Shown: positions 1 to 9,873, counted from the first letter of the stretch. The stretch: DNA of 64,000 nt from Candidatus Sulfotelmatobacter sp. (GCA_035568275.1 DATMOO010000150.1:2655-66654), one strand, 5' to 3'. The notes: generated by a model from the sequence alone, not told the origin. Translations and numbers: made by a program.

Positions 1-802
1 CGTTTCGCCGGTCGACGGGTTCGTGCTCACGAGGAACATCAGTCCCGGTCAGCATTTCGAGCACTCCACGGAATTCTACCGGATTGCTGACTTGAGCCGA
101 GTTTGGATCGTCGCCGATATCCTTGGAAACGAAGCCCAGCATTTTCTTCCTGGAACTGCAGTTCGCATTCTGTTGTCGGGGCAAGGGAAGGCTTTGACCG
201 CGCGGGTGAGCAATGTGCTTCCCCAGGTGGATCCCGCTACGCGCACGCTGAAGCTTCGCCTGGAAGCTGAGAATCCCGGCTTCGTTTTGCGGCCGGACAT
301 GTTCGCGGATGTGGAGTTGCCTATTGCGAGACCGGCGGGTCTAACGGTTCCCGTCGACGCTGTCATTGATTCGGGTCGAGAGCAGCGAGTCTTCGTTGAG
401 CGGTCCAATGGTGTGTTTGAACCGCGCAACGTGGAAGTGGGATGGCGCGTTGGTGATCGCGTACAGATCGTAAAGGGATTAAGCGAAGGGGAACGGGTTG
501 TGAGCGCGGGAACCTTCCTGGTGGATTCCGAGAGCCGGCTGAAATCTCTGGAATCGGCGCCGAAGGAACAGCCGCAGCCAAAGCTTCCCCCAAAGGCGAA
601 CACGAACACTGCTGTCAGCGCAAACACAGTGAAAGATGCGGCCTGCGGCATGGCGATCGATCCAGCCAAAGCCGTTGCGGAAGGCCACACGATCAGCCGC
701 GACGGAGTCACGTACTATTTCTGCTCGGATCGCTGTAAGCGGAAGTTCAGTGAACAGCCCGACCATTATCTTGCTGCAAATCCTTCTGGGCCCCATTCAT
801 GA
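1..802 (+). CDS. cusB: RND efflux periplasmic adaptor subunit (CusB/HlyD family), 5'-truncated by the window edge, with a C-terminal YHS/TRASH-type metal-binding domain
   Basis: The frame is open from the window edge to TGA at 800-802. It shows adaptor-type C-terminal sequence (RVWIVADI, LRPDMFADVELP, RVFVERSNGVFEPRNVEVG). The stop overlaps the cusA ATG (ATGA at 799-802). The tail CGMAIDPAKAV...DGVTYYFCSDRCKRKF (from nt 644) is a YHS/TRASH Cys motif. Confidence 0.8.
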   Translation, partial: VSPVDGFVLTRNISPGQHFEHSTEFYRIADLSRVWIVADILGNEAQHFLPGTAVRILLSGQGKALTARVSNVLPQVDPATRTLKLRLEAENPGFVLRPDMFADVELPIARPAGLTVPVDAVIDSGREQRVFVERSNGVFEPRNVEVGWRVGDRVQIVKGLSEGERVVSAGTFLVDSESRLKSLESAPKEQPQPKLPPKANTNTAVSANTVKDAACGMAIDPAKAVAEGHTISRDGVTYYFCSDRCKRKFSEQPDHYLAANPSGPHS

Positions 803-3800
803 TTAACCGCATTATCGATTTCTCGGTGCAGCACAAGTTCCTTGTGCTGGTCTGCGCGGCATTGGCCTGCATCGGTGGCTGGTGGTCCATGCAGGCGTTG
901 CCTCTTGACGCCATGCCGGACCTGAGCGAGACGCAGGTCATCATTTACTCGCGGTGGGATCGCAGCCCCGACATCATCGAGGATCAAGTGACTTATCCGA
1001 TCGTCACGGCGATGACGGGTGCGCCCAAGGTCAAGACGGTACGCGGAGTTTCGGATTTCGGCTATTCCTACGTCTACGTAATCTTTGAGGATGGAACGGA
1101 TCTCTATTGGGCCCGCTCGAGGGCGCTGGAGTACTTGTCCGGCGTGCAATCGCACTTGCCCGAGGGTGTGAAGGCTGAGATTGGACCCGATGCGACTGCC
1201 CTCGGCTGGGTCTATCAATACGCGCTGGTCGATACTTCCGGGAAGCACAGCCTTGCGGACCTGCGCTCCTATCAAGATTGGTATCTACGGTATTACCTGC
1301 GCTCGGTGCCAGGCGTGGCTGAGGTTGCTCCGGTTGGCGGATATACGCGGCAGTTCCAGGTGAACGTAGATCCTAACCGGCTGCAGGCCTACGGCATACC
1401 GATTCGACGAGTGGTGGAGGCGGTGCGCAGCGGCAATGAAGAAGTTGGCGGACGCTTGCTCGAGTTCGGCGGAACCGAGTACATGGTTCGCGGCCGCGGC
1501 TATGCCACGACCCTCGAAGAGTTTGGCAACATTGTCCTTGACGCAAGCACCGACGGAACTCCGATTCGCATCAAGGATGTGGGCCAGGTGGTCGAAGGTC
1601 CGGAATTAAGGCGTGGTGTAGCAGATCTGGATGGCAAGGGTGAAGTTGTTTCCGGGATCGTGATCATGCGGAGTGGTGAGAACGCTCTGGCCGTGATCGA
1701 CCGGGTGAAACAAAAGATCGGCGGTGTGACACCTTCTCTTCCTGAAGGCGTAAAGATCGTGCCAGTCTATGATCGCTCAGAGTTCATTCATCGCGCGATC
1801 AGCAACGTGAATTCGACGATCTTTCAGGTTATCGTCACCGTCGTCCTGATCATCCTGATCTTCCTCTGGCATTTTCCCAGTGCAGCGATTCCGATCGTCA
1901 CCATGCCCGTGGTGGTGCTGGCGTCGTTTATTCCTTTCCATTATCTCGGCATCAGCGCCAACATCATGTCTCTCGCTGGTGTGGCGATCGCTTTCAGCGA
2001 GCTGGTGGATGCATCGATTGTGGTTGTGGAGCAGACGCACAAGAAACTCGAGCTCTGGGAAAAGGGAGGACGGCGCGGGGACTATCGTGCGGTCATACTC
2101 GCCGCAGTCAAAGAGGTTGCTGGTCCTACGTTTTTTGCATTGCTGGTCATCGCGATCAGTTTCCTGCCTGTGCTGACACTGGAGGCACAGGAAGGGCGCA
2201 TGTTCAAGCCGCTTGCCTACACCAAGACTCTCGCGATGCTGATTGCGGCAGGTATGGCCATCACGCTCGACCCGGCTCTGCGTCTGCTGCTGGCACGCGT
2301 CGATCGTTTTGATTTTCGTCCGTCGTGGCTCTGCCGGGTTGCAAACGCGCTGCTCGTGGGAAAAATCCGACGGGAGGAGGACCACGCGATCAGTCGTTGG
2401 ATGATCCGCATCTACGAACCGGTTGTGCGCTGGACACTGCGCCGGCAGTGGGCCGTGATTTCGGGCGCTGTGGCGCTGGTTGTGGTGGCCGTTCCGGTCT
2501 TCCTGCAACTGGGTTCAGAATTCATGCCGCCGCTCGACGAGGGCGTGATCCTGTACATGCCTTCCACCATGCCCGGTATTTCGATTACCCAGGCCCAGCA
2601 ATTGTTGCAGACCACGGACGGCATACTTGCTCGCTTCCCTGAGGTGGATCGGGTGCTGGGGAAGGCGGGCCGCGCGGAAACGTCCACGGATCCAGCACCA
2701 CTGTCAATGCTGGAGACAGTGATCGTACTCAAACCCCGGTCGGAGTGGCGGCACGTTGACACCTGGTATTCCTCGTGGTCACCCGATTTCGTAAAGCCAC
2801 TGTTGCGCCACATCACGCCCGACACAATTTCATCCACGGAGCTTGTACATCTTCTGGATGAAAGCTTGAAGGTGCCGGGTGTCACAAATGCCTGGACGAT
2901 GCCAGTACGGGGCCGCATCGACATGCTGACGACCGGGATGCGAACGCCCATCGGACTGAAGATCTCCGGCGCAGACTTGGGCACGGTCGAACAGATCGGG
3001 TCCCGCATCGAGTCGATACTCAGTCACGTGAAGGGCACTCGATCGGTTTTTGCCGAGCGTACGGGCACCGGCTACTATTTGGATTTCGATTGGAATCGCG
3101 AGCGACTGGCACGCTATGGATTAAGCATCGAAGACGCGCAACTCGCTGTTGAGAACGCAATTGGTGGCGAGGATGTCACCACTGCCATCCGAGGGCGCGA
3201 GCGCTACCCAGTTAACGTGCGATACATGAGAGACTTCCGCAGCGATCTGGGGTCGCTTCAGCGACTACTGGTTCCTGCGGGACAGCGGCAGATCGCTTTG
3301 GGCGAATTGGCCGAGATTCATGCCAGTAGTGGTCCTGCGATGATTCGCGACGAGAATGGAATGCTGACAGGCTATGTGTACATCGACCTCGCAGACCGTG
3401 ATCCCGCGGGCTATATCGCGGAAGCGGGAGGCTTGCTGCGCGAACAGCTGAAGCTTCAGCCGGGCTACTCTTTCGCATGGGCGGGTCAGTACGAAGCCAT
3501 GACGCGGGTGAGGCAACGGCTGACGCGGATTATTCCCATCACTCTGGCGCTCGTAGTTTTTCTGTTGTACCTCAATACGCGTTCGACTGTGAAGACGATG
3601 ATCATCCTGCTGGCGGTGCCGTTCTCCGCCGTGGGCGCGATCTTCTTCCTCTACATGGCCGGCTACAACATGAGTGTGGGCGTCTGGGTCGGGCTGATCG
3701 CCTTGCTGGGCATCGACGCCGAGACTGGCGTGTACATGCTTCTTTATCTTGACCTGGCATATGAAGAAGCGATCCAGCAGGGCCGCCTTCGTAACCTCGG

Positions 3801-4116
3801 GGATTTGACGGAAGCCATCGTGCAGGGAGCCGCCAAGCGGTTGCGGCCCAAGTTCATGACCTTCGCCACGATGTGCGTGGGGTTGTTGCCGATCCTCTGG
3901 AGCACTGGCACCGGTTCTGAAGTGATGAAGCGGATCGCGGCCCCGATGGTCGGCGGGATCTTCACTTCTTTCCTACTCGAATTGCTCGTCTATCCAGCCA
4001 TCTATGCCGTCTGGCGGCAGCGGTCGATCAGAAATACGGCCGAGCCGGCGTTTATTGCTGCGCAAGAGGAGCCTGCCGAGCTGAGAGAAGGCAGCTTCGT
4101 TAGCCTGCAGCGGTAG
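799..4116 (+). CDS. cusA: Heavy-metal (Cu/Ag-type) RND efflux pump, CusA/CzcA family
   Basis: 1105-aa ORF. The N-terminus (MINRIIDFSVQHKFLVL...LPDLSETQVII...VRGVSDFGYSYVYVIFEDGTDLYWARSRALEYL) matches E. coli CusA closely by eye. It has RND 12-TM architecture and is translationally coupled to the adaptor gene. Confidence 0.95.
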   Translation: MINRIIDFSVQHKFLVLVCAALACIGGWWSMQALPLDAMPDLSETQVIIYSRWDRSPDIIEDQVTYPIVTAMTGAPKVKTVRGVSDFGYSYVYVIFEDGTDLYWARSRALEYLSGVQSHLPEGVKAEIGPDATALGWVYQYALVDTSGKHSLADLRSYQDWYLRYYLRSVPGVAEVAPVGGYTRQFQVNVDPNRLQAYGIPIRRVVEAVRSGNEEVGGRLLEFGGTEYMVRGRGYATTLEEFGNIVLDASTDGTPIRIKDVGQVVEGPELRRGVADLDGKGEVVSGIVIMRSGENALAVIDRVKQKIGGVTPSLPEGVKIVPVYDRSEFIHRAISNVNSTIFQVIVTVVLIILIFLWHFPSAAIPIVTMPVVVLASFIPFHYLGISANIMSLAGVAIAFSELVDASIVVVEQTHKKLELWEKGGRRGDYRAVILAAVKEVAGPTFFALLVIAISFLPVLTLEAQEGRMFKPLAYTKTLAMLIAAGMAITLDPALRLLLARVDRFDFRPSWLCRVANALLVGKIRREEDHAISRWMIRIYEPVVRWTLRRQWAVISGAVALVVVAVPVFLQLGSEFMPPLDEGVILYMPSTMPGISITQAQQLLQTTDGILARFPEVDRVLGKAGRAETSTDPAPLSMLETVIVLKPRSEWRHVDTWYSSWSPDFVKPLLRHITPDTISSTELVHLLDESLKVPGVTNAWTMPVRGRIDMLTTGMRTPIGLKISGADLGTVEQIGSRIESILSHVKGTRSVFAERTGTGYYLDFDWNRERLARYGLSIEDAQLAVENAIGGEDVTTAIRGRERYPVNVRYMRDFRSDLGSLQRLLVPAGQRQIALGELAEIHASSGPAMIRDENGMLTGYVYIDLADRDPAGYIAEAGGLLREQLKLQPGYSFAWAGQYEAMTRVRQRLTRIIPITLALVVFLLYLNTRSTVKTMIILLAVPFSAVGAIFFLYMAGYNMSVGVWVGLIALLGIDAETGVYMLLYLDLAYEEAIQQGRLRNLGDLTEAIVQGAAKRLRPKFMTFATMCVGLLPILWSTGTGSEVMKRIAAPMVGGIFTSFLLELLVYPAIYAVWRQRSIRNTAEPAFIAAQEEPAELREGSFVSLQR

Positions 4117-4463
4117 CAACTTCTGGCCAAGGCGATCGACCCGGACTTGGTTTCGAAGAAGGATCCGCCAGCGTTCGCCTTCGGAATCTCGCGGACTTGA
4201 CGGAAGTCATCGTGAGGCTGGAGCCACATTCATGCCCTCGCGATGGAGTACTTGCGGTTTCGCGCCCGTACTCGGTAGCCCGTGCTGGCTCTGAAGTTGT
4301 GAACGCGGGCCCGAGGGTCTGGGATGTTCACTTTGTTCTTACCTGAGGTGCCCGTCTACTTGGCGCCGTCTGGCGTTAGGTCGACCCGGAGCGCAGCCGA
4401 ACCAGCGCGCGTTTGCCGCGCCAGAGGATGCGCTCAGCTGGACAGGCAGCTTCTTGGTGCGGT

Positions 4464-4502
4464 AAAAAAAAACCGGCTTCTCTTTGCGCTAGCGCAAAGA
4501 GA
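4464..4502 (-). terminator. Rho-independent terminator read on the minus strand
   Basis: An 11-bp inverted repeat TCTCTTTGCGC/GCGCAAAGAGA (4479-4489 / 4492-4502) is followed on the minus strand by AGCCGG and a T9 run (A9 at 4464-4472 on the plus strand). Confidence 0.6.
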
Positions 4503-4981
4503 GGTCCCCGGGGATGAGGCATCGTAGAACGACTGTGGGATTGCCTTGGGTCTGAATTTACCCAGGCCTGCCATTATTTACGCGCGAGTTCCCCCTCCCC
4601 ACTCGCGGTTCTAACAACAACAGCTCGGGCGACATGGAGTCTCAGGCTCTCTATTCTGCTGAGTATTTGGCAATCTTGACTGGATGTAGCCCGGATTGTC
4701 GCCACTCTTCCGGGCACAGGCGGTGGGTAGGATGACACACTTGAATTTTTCGCCGCGATTGATCGGCGTCGTTGTAAGGCAGTACCAGAAGGGTTCTGGC
4801 CGATCAGTTCGACGTAGCAGTGCTGAGTCTTTTTCTCCGCAAGCTCTTTCGTATCCGGTCCCCCAAAATTTTGCAGTTCCCAGGCGGCTTCGTACCCCAA
4901 GCGAAGCTATTGCAAGTAGGTTGGCGTAATACGAGACAGGGAACTACGGATTCCCTGCAAGTTCGACAGGGGGAGTAAAAC

Positions 4982-5782
4982 ATGGGTCAAGCGGCGCTGG
5001 TGGGAGTAGTATTCCCTTCCGCAGATCGAGTCGTCCGGCATGTCTCCGCCACTTCGGCAATTCAAGACCGTGCGGCAGTGCCGGGGTTCAACAGCATCCT
5101 GAAACGGCGAGTGGACTCGGTACAACGCTTCGAGGCTTTCTCGGAGATTTCGGGTTCCGATTGTGCCGCCATCCTCGTGGACGCGCAGGAAATGCAGTTC
5201 CAGCGCCACTCTGCGATCTTTTCCGAAGGAACTCCCGCAACCCGGGTGGCTCTTTTGTTGTCCGGTTGCATGAAGATCACCCAGGGCAGAGCTCAGGGGC
5301 AGGAAGTCATCCTGCGGCTTAACGGGCCGGGAGATCTGCTCGGCAAGTTGGGAAGTCAAGCCCGGGCGAACCACTTATACACAACTTACGCGGTGCAGCC
5401 GTCTCTTGCTTTGGTCTGGGAAATGGATGCCTTCGAGAGATTGGTGGATCGTTTTCCGCTATTGCGGCGAAATATCGCGAGCATCCTTGAGCGGCATCTG
5501 AACGAATTGGAGATTCGGTATCGGGAAGTCTCTACGGAAAAGGTGTCGTCGCGGTTGAGCAATCTGCTGGTTCGGCTGGTGAGCCAGGTCGGACGGCGAA
5601 TCGAGGATTGCGTCGAGATCGCTCTGTCACGGAGGGAATTAGCCCAATTGACAGGCACGACGCTGTTCACCGTCAGCCGCCTGCTTTGCCAATGGGAGGC
5701 ACTAGGAATTGTAAGCGCTAGGCGCGAAGTAGTGCTTGTGCATGATGTGCCGGCTCTGCAAGAACTGTCCCGCGAAGAGTAA
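4982..5782 (+). CDS. Crp/Fnr-family transcriptional regulator (cNMP-binding domain plus C-terminal HTH)
   Basis: 266-aa ORF with SD GGGGGAG 7 nt before the ATG. It has a cNMP-binding-like core (FSEGTPATRVALLLSGCMKITQ...GQEVILRL) and a C-terminal HTH (SRRELAQLTGTTLFTVSRLLCQWEALGIV). Confidence 0.85.
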   Translation: MGQAALVGVVFPSADRVVRHVSATSAIQDRAAVPGFNSILKRRVDSVQRFEAFSEISGSDCAAILVDAQEMQFQRHSAIFSEGTPATRVALLLSGCMKITQGRAQGQEVILRLNGPGDLLGKLGSQARANHLYTTYAVQPSLALVWEMDAFERLVDRFPLLRRNIASILERHLNELEIRYREVSTEKVSSRLSNLLVRLVSQVGRRIEDCVEIALSRRELAQLTGTTLFTVSRLLCQWEALGIVSARREVVLVHDVPALQELSREE

Positions 5783-5810
5783 ATTCGATTCCATACAGGA
5801 GTTGAGGAGA

Positions 5811-6308
5811 ATGTTGGTTCAGAGAAATAGCTCGATTGCGCTGTTGTTCCTGGCGTTCGGATTACCCGTGTTTGCCCAATCGACCGAGCCTGCCCAGAAT
5901 AGTCCCGCCGCGGACCAGCCGGTCCCTCATCGCGCGCGGGTTCAGCCCACGTGCTGGAGGCAGGCGGGAATGACACCCGATATGGTCAACCGTCGCTGGA
6001 AGCTCGAAGATCAGCAGAAGACGAGTATTGCCCAGGTCTGCACCGAGCCTTCAACATCAGCGCAGCAGAAGCACGACAAGATTGAGCAGATTCATGCCGA
6101 CACGGATCGGGCCTTGGCGCAACTGATTCCTGTCAAGGAACTCAAAGCGTTTAACAAGTGCCAGGCAGAAGTGGATTCGCGTCGCCCGAAAGCGCCTGGC
6201 GAGAAAGAGCTCGGGCCATGTGGTGGCGTCATTCCGGCTTCCGCCGCGGACGGGACGCCTGCCCCCGCAGCCGATCATCGTCACACCAATACTCCGAACA
6301 GTCAGTAA
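5811..6308 (+). CDS. Secreted hypothetical protein
   Basis: An internal ATG at 5811 is preceded by GAGGAGA. It has an N-terminal signal peptide (MLVQRNSSIALLFLAFGLPVFAQ). I recognise no family. Confidence 0.55.
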   Translation: MLVQRNSSIALLFLAFGLPVFAQSTEPAQNSPAADQPVPHRARVQPTCWRQAGMTPDMVNRRWKLEDQQKTSIAQVCTEPSTSAQQKHDKIEQIHADTDRALAQLIPVKELKAFNKCQAEVDSRRPKAPGEKELGPCGGVIPASAADGTPAPAADHRHTNTPNSQ

Positions 6309-6509
6309 GAGATCAGCCCCTTTCCCAATCATGTATGACTTCGGAGCAGTCGATGCGGCTGTCTGAAAAAAGATTTCTTGACAGACGGCATTTGATCTTC
6401 AGCAAACAGGGAGGCGGCATTCGCTGCTAAAAGTAAGTAGTTGTGGTGCAGAGACCATGCTAGACTAGCTTCCCAGCGCGGCTCCGGGGAGCGGGTGGTT
6501 CTTTCGGTT

Positions 6510-7565
6510 ATGGCGCGTTTTTTAGCCGCGAGAGGGGTCAAAGGGGTGGCCGAAGTTCTTCGTTCCGGGTTCGGGAAGTGGCTTACTTGCCGTCGAGGGA
6601 CTTTCCGGCCCAAGCCTGCAGCGCTTCTCCTCGTTCTGGGATCAAGCTTGTTCATCCAGGGCATGTCTGTGGCTGGACAATCCGCCCCGCCTCCTCAAGC
6701 CAAAAAAGCGTCCCCATCTGGCGCGAACCCACCTGCGGCCGAGCCCGCGGCGCCAGCACCGCCACCAGCACCTGTGGTGCTTCCCCCCGAACAGACTCCT
6801 GCCCATGCGCCGGTCATTGCCTGGGATGGGCAGCTCCTTACGGTCGATGCGGAGAATTCCTCGCTCTCCGATGTTCTGTTGGGAATTCGATCTCGAACCC
6901 GCGCTTCCATTGAAATGCCCTCGAGCACGAGTCGGGAGCGAATTGCCGTCCACCTCGGGCCCGCGCCGATTCGCGAGGTGCTCTCTTCACTGTTGTACGG
7001 AACCAATTTTAATTACGTAATCCAGTCCGCCGAAGACGATGGCGGCGCTGTAGGAAAAGTCATTCTGACGGCGCGAGATTCCGATCAGAGTGGTGACGCC
7101 GCAGGCAACGATACCGTTGCAGTCGACGGTCGCACCAATCCGAAGATACGGCTCATGCCTGGTTACGCCGCACCCGGCAAGCGCGATTTCGAGGTGGCTC
7201 ACGCCAACGCTGCCGATGACAGTGCATCGACGGCAGCAGAAACCCCCGCCCCTCCCGATTCCTCTTCTCCAAGTCCCGACCAGACCGCCGCAGCGACGGA
7301 CTCCAACGCGACAAATCAGGCCGACACTCCTCCCGCCACCGCCAAAGCTACAGAAAACCCCCCTTCCGCTGACGCGACTACCTTGACGGCCGCCGAGCAA
7401 CCTATCTCTGGCAATGCTGCGGGAACAGTTGCCGGGAATGGCGCAGCCAGTGCGGGAGGCTCGTCGGCTCTCTCACAGATGGAGCAGAACCTGCAGCGGA
7501 TGTATCAGCAGCGCCAACAATTGCAGGCTCAGCAAGGACACGCTGGCCAGACGCCAGCGCCATAA
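6510..7565 (+). CDS. Membrane-anchored hypothetical protein with a Pro/Ala/Thr-rich low-complexity tail
   Basis: The ORF frame is 6441-7565 and the likely ATG is at 6510. It has one hydrophobic segment (AALLLVLGSSLFIQG), then a short folded-looking segment (VIAWDGQLLTVDAENSSLSDVLLGI...LLYGTNFNYVIQ, reminiscent of secretin/TonB N-terminal-type domains), then a long P/A/T/S-rich region. Confidence 0.5.
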   Translation: MARFLAARGVKGVAEVLRSGFGKWLTCRRGTFRPKPAALLLVLGSSLFIQGMSVAGQSAPPPQAKKASPSGANPPAAEPAAPAPPPAPVVLPPEQTPAHAPVIAWDGQLLTVDAENSSLSDVLLGIRSRTRASIEMPSSTSRERIAVHLGPAPIREVLSSLLYGTNFNYVIQSAEDDGGAVGKVILTARDSDQSGDAAGNDTVAVDGRTNPKIRLMPGYAAPGKRDFEVAHANAADDSASTAAETPAPPDSSSPSPDQTAAATDSNATNQADTPPATAKATENPPSADATTLTAAEQPISGNAAGTVAGNGAASAGGSSALSQMEQNLQRMYQQRQQLQAQQGHAGQTPAP

Positions 7566-7588
7566 GAACCCCGCGGTTCGTCGCAGTT

Positions 7589-7948
7589 TCATCCTTTCCA
7601 GAAAGAAATGACCGCGCCGCCAGCCACGATCATGAAACCACCTACGAGCGTAGGGAGAGTGGTTGATTGATTGAACCTCAGCTTGGCTACGATCTGCGCG
7701 ACGACGAAGAAGAAAACCACATACACGCCCAATAGCTTTCCAAAATCCCACTGCGGCAGGTTCACGACCAGCCCGTAGAGAGACAGCGTGCCTCCTCCTG
7801 CGACCAGGAAGATCCATCGCCACAATCCTGACGAGCGGTGGACCGCCGATTGGAAGAATGCGTCTCCCAAAACTTCCATGGTCGCTGCAACCAGTAAGAG
7901 AACGAACGTAGTTCCTGGCACAGCAACGATCTGTTCCAGAGATCGCAT
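7589..7948 (-). CDS. Small 4-TM membrane protein (SMR/YnfA-UPF0060-like)
   Basis: The start is taken at MRSLEQIV (internal Met of the 145-aa ORF), which removes the overlap with the amt stop. It has four hydrophobic helices with patterns like YnfA (EVLGDAFF..., LVGGFMIVAGGAVISFW). Confidence 0.5.
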   Translation of the reverse strand: MRSLEQIVAVPGTTFVLLLVAATMEVLGDAFFQSAVHRSSGLWRWIFLVAGGGTLSLYGLVVNLPQWDFGKLLGVYVVFFFVVAQIVAKLRFNQSTTLPTLVGGFMIVAGGAVISFWKG

Positions 7949-7964
7949 AGGCTCAAACCCTCGG

Positions 7965-9680
7965 TTAGTACGAAGTTGTAACGACCGCGTCCTCTGGATA
8001 GCCCGGCATGCCAAACTCGGGAACATCCAGGCCTTCTTCTTCCGATTCCGGCGCGACTCGCATGCTTTTGACTTTGTTCACCATCCCGAAGACTACGAAT
8101 GTCAATCCGAACGCCCAAACTGCGTACAAGGTCGCGCCCATAAGCTGAACCCAGAACTGCCGCGTATCGCCGTGGATCAGACCGGTGACACCTTGGCCAG
8201 CTTGTCCCAGGTAACTGGTCGCTCCGACTCCGTTCCAACCGGAGCCGTATGTTCCGTCGGCGAAGATGCCCACACAAACTGCACCCAGCCAGCCACACAG
8301 ACCGTGGACGGAGATTGCGCCGCATGGGTCGTCGATTCTAAGAACGCGCTCGTTGAAGAGAACCCCGCCGCACACCAGAGCGCCCGCAAGAATCCCGATG
8401 ATTACTGACGATGTAGGAGACACGAACGCGCAAGGAGCAGTAATCGCGACTAGTCCGGCCAACATTCCATTACAAGCCATCGTAATGTCAGGCTTGCCGA
8501 AGAGGAAATACCAGATGAGCATCGCCATCGCCGAGCCGGCCACGGCGGCTAGATTTGTATTCACTGCGACGGCTGAGATCCGCAAGTCGGTCGCGCCCAG
8601 CGTGGAGCCCGGGTTGAACCCCATCCAACCAAACAGCAAAATGAATGTACCCGTCACCACATACACGACGTTGTGAGCGGGGAAGACCCGAATTTTGCCT
8701 CCAGGTCCAAACTTCCCCAGACGCGGCCCCAGGATTATCGCCAACGCCATCGCACAAAATCCGCCCACGGCATGCACCACGGTCGATCCTGCAAAATCAA
8801 CGTATCCGTGGCCGAGATTCATCGTTGATCCGAGCTGCGAGAGCCAACCGCCACCCCATGTCCAGCAACCCGAGATTGGATAGAGGATTGCGCCGATGAA
8901 AAGTTCACAGAGCAGGAATGCCCAGAAGGTGATGCGCTCGCAGATTGCGCCGACAATGATGTATCCGGCGGTCTCCATGAACACGACTTCGAATAACGTC
9001 AGACAATTACTTCCCGCGTCATAAGCCGGACCGACGAGGAAAAAACCTTTGCCACCCACGAATCCCCACTGACCGTGGCCAATCAGGAAATGATTCAGGG
9101 TCGGTGTTCCGCCGAGATTGCTGGGTGCTGCGTTGATCGCAATCGCTCCGAACTGGAATGCATAGCCGACCGCATAGTAAGCGAGAAAGGCGAACACGTA
9201 GGCCGCGAAGTTCAGCATCATCAAATGCGCGGCATTTTTCTTGCGCACCAATCCACATGTGAGCAGGGCAAACCCTGCCTGCATGAACAGCACCAGGTAT
9301 CCCGTGTTCAGCGTCCACGCGAAGTTGGTCGCGATCCGCACGTGGCCCACACCATCGGCGAGTTTTGTCGCCAGAGGCTCTTTGGCGGCCTGAGACTGGT
9401 AGTCGTCGAATTCCTTCTTCTTCTGGGCATAGTCTGGAGCCGTCTTGTCGGTGGGTTCCGGAGGAACGAAGGGATTGCCGGCAGCATCGACTACTGAAGT
9501 CTTGTCTCCAGTGGCTGTGCCTGCGGGATCGGGTTTGGAACCATCATCAGCAAGGCAAACTGCCCCCAGCCCGACGACCACCGCAAGAACTAGAAGGATG
9601 CTGATGCCAGCTGACCTGAACGGCTGGTGCAGAGAGCGTCTCTCTGCTTGCATAGTCATTGTTGAATGCTCCTTTTGCAT
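7965..9680 (-). CDS. amt: Ammonium transporter (Amt family) with a long N-terminal periplasmic extension
   Basis: Amt-type TM core (NTGYLVLFMQAGFALLTCG, DFAGSTVVHAVGG, GFNPGS, ISVHGLCGWLG). The start is chosen at ATG 9680 (MQKEHST...) with AGAGGG just upstream, but it is uncertain (alternatives 9659/9653). Confidence 0.9.
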   Translation of the reverse strand: MQKEHSTMTMQAERRSLHQPFRSAGISILLVLAVVVGLGAVCLADDGSKPDPAGTATGDKTSVVDAAGNPFVPPEPTDKTAPDYAQKKKEFDDYQSQAAKEPLATKLADGVGHVRIATNFAWTLNTGYLVLFMQAGFALLTCGLVRKKNAAHLMMLNFAAYVFAFLAYYAVGYAFQFGAIAINAAPSNLGGTPTLNHFLIGHGQWGFVGGKGFFLVGPAYDAGSNCLTLFEVVFMETAGYIIVGAICERITFWAFLLCELFIGAILYPISGCWTWGGGWLSQLGSTMNLGHGYVDFAGSTVVHAVGGFCAMALAIILGPRLGKFGPGGKIRVFPAHNVVYVVTGTFILLFGWMGFNPGSTLGATDLRISAVAVNTNLAAVAGSAMAMLIWYFLFGKPDITMACNGMLAGLVAITAPCAFVSPTSSVIIGILAGALVCGGVLFNERVLRIDDPCGAISVHGLCGWLGAVCVGIFADGTYGSGWNGVGATSYLGQAGQGVTGLIHGDTRQFWVQLMGATLYAVWAFGLTFVVFGMVNKVKSMRVAPESEEEGLDVPEFGMPGYPEDAVVTTSY

Positions 9681-9690
9681 GTCCCTCTTA

Positions 9691-9873
9691 CTACTTTCTT
9701 CGTGGATACGCTCCGCACAATCCGGCCGTACCGTAAAGTAGCAACGCCATCCCGCCAATTGTGAGCAACACTCCGCCGAGTGGATAAGCCGCCAGCGCGA
9801 ACAAGCCACACACCAGAGCGGCGAATGCGCACAATGACGACCCCACATAAACTGCCAGCCAAGTTGCAGCCAA
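9691..9873 (-). CDS. Putative 60-aa two-helix membrane peptide immediately upstream of amt
   Basis: TTG start with GAGGAG 9 nt upstream. The product is very hydrophobic (LAVYVGSSLCAFAALVCGLFALAAYPLGGVLLTIGGMALLLYG). The stop lies 8 nt before the amt SD. I recognise no family. Confidence 0.35.
   Translation of the reverse strand: MAATWLAVYVGSSLCAFAALVCGLFALAAYPLGGVLLTIGGMALLLYGTAGLCGAYPRRK

Noticed and set aside
4501-4905. Possible tmRNA, RNase P RNA or SRP RNA on the minus strand. The stretch GGGGGACCGGATACGAAAGAG vaguely resembles a tmRNA 5' end, and CCCGGAAGAG vaguely resembles the SRP tetraloop region.
   Set aside because: - There is no tRNA-like T-arm or CCA end, and no plausible tag ORF ending in a stop.
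- The RNase P P4 sequences (GGAAAGTCCGG / ACAGAA.CCGGCTTA) are absent.
- The SRP helix-8 pairing does not form.

The region is kept only as an unassigned unit.
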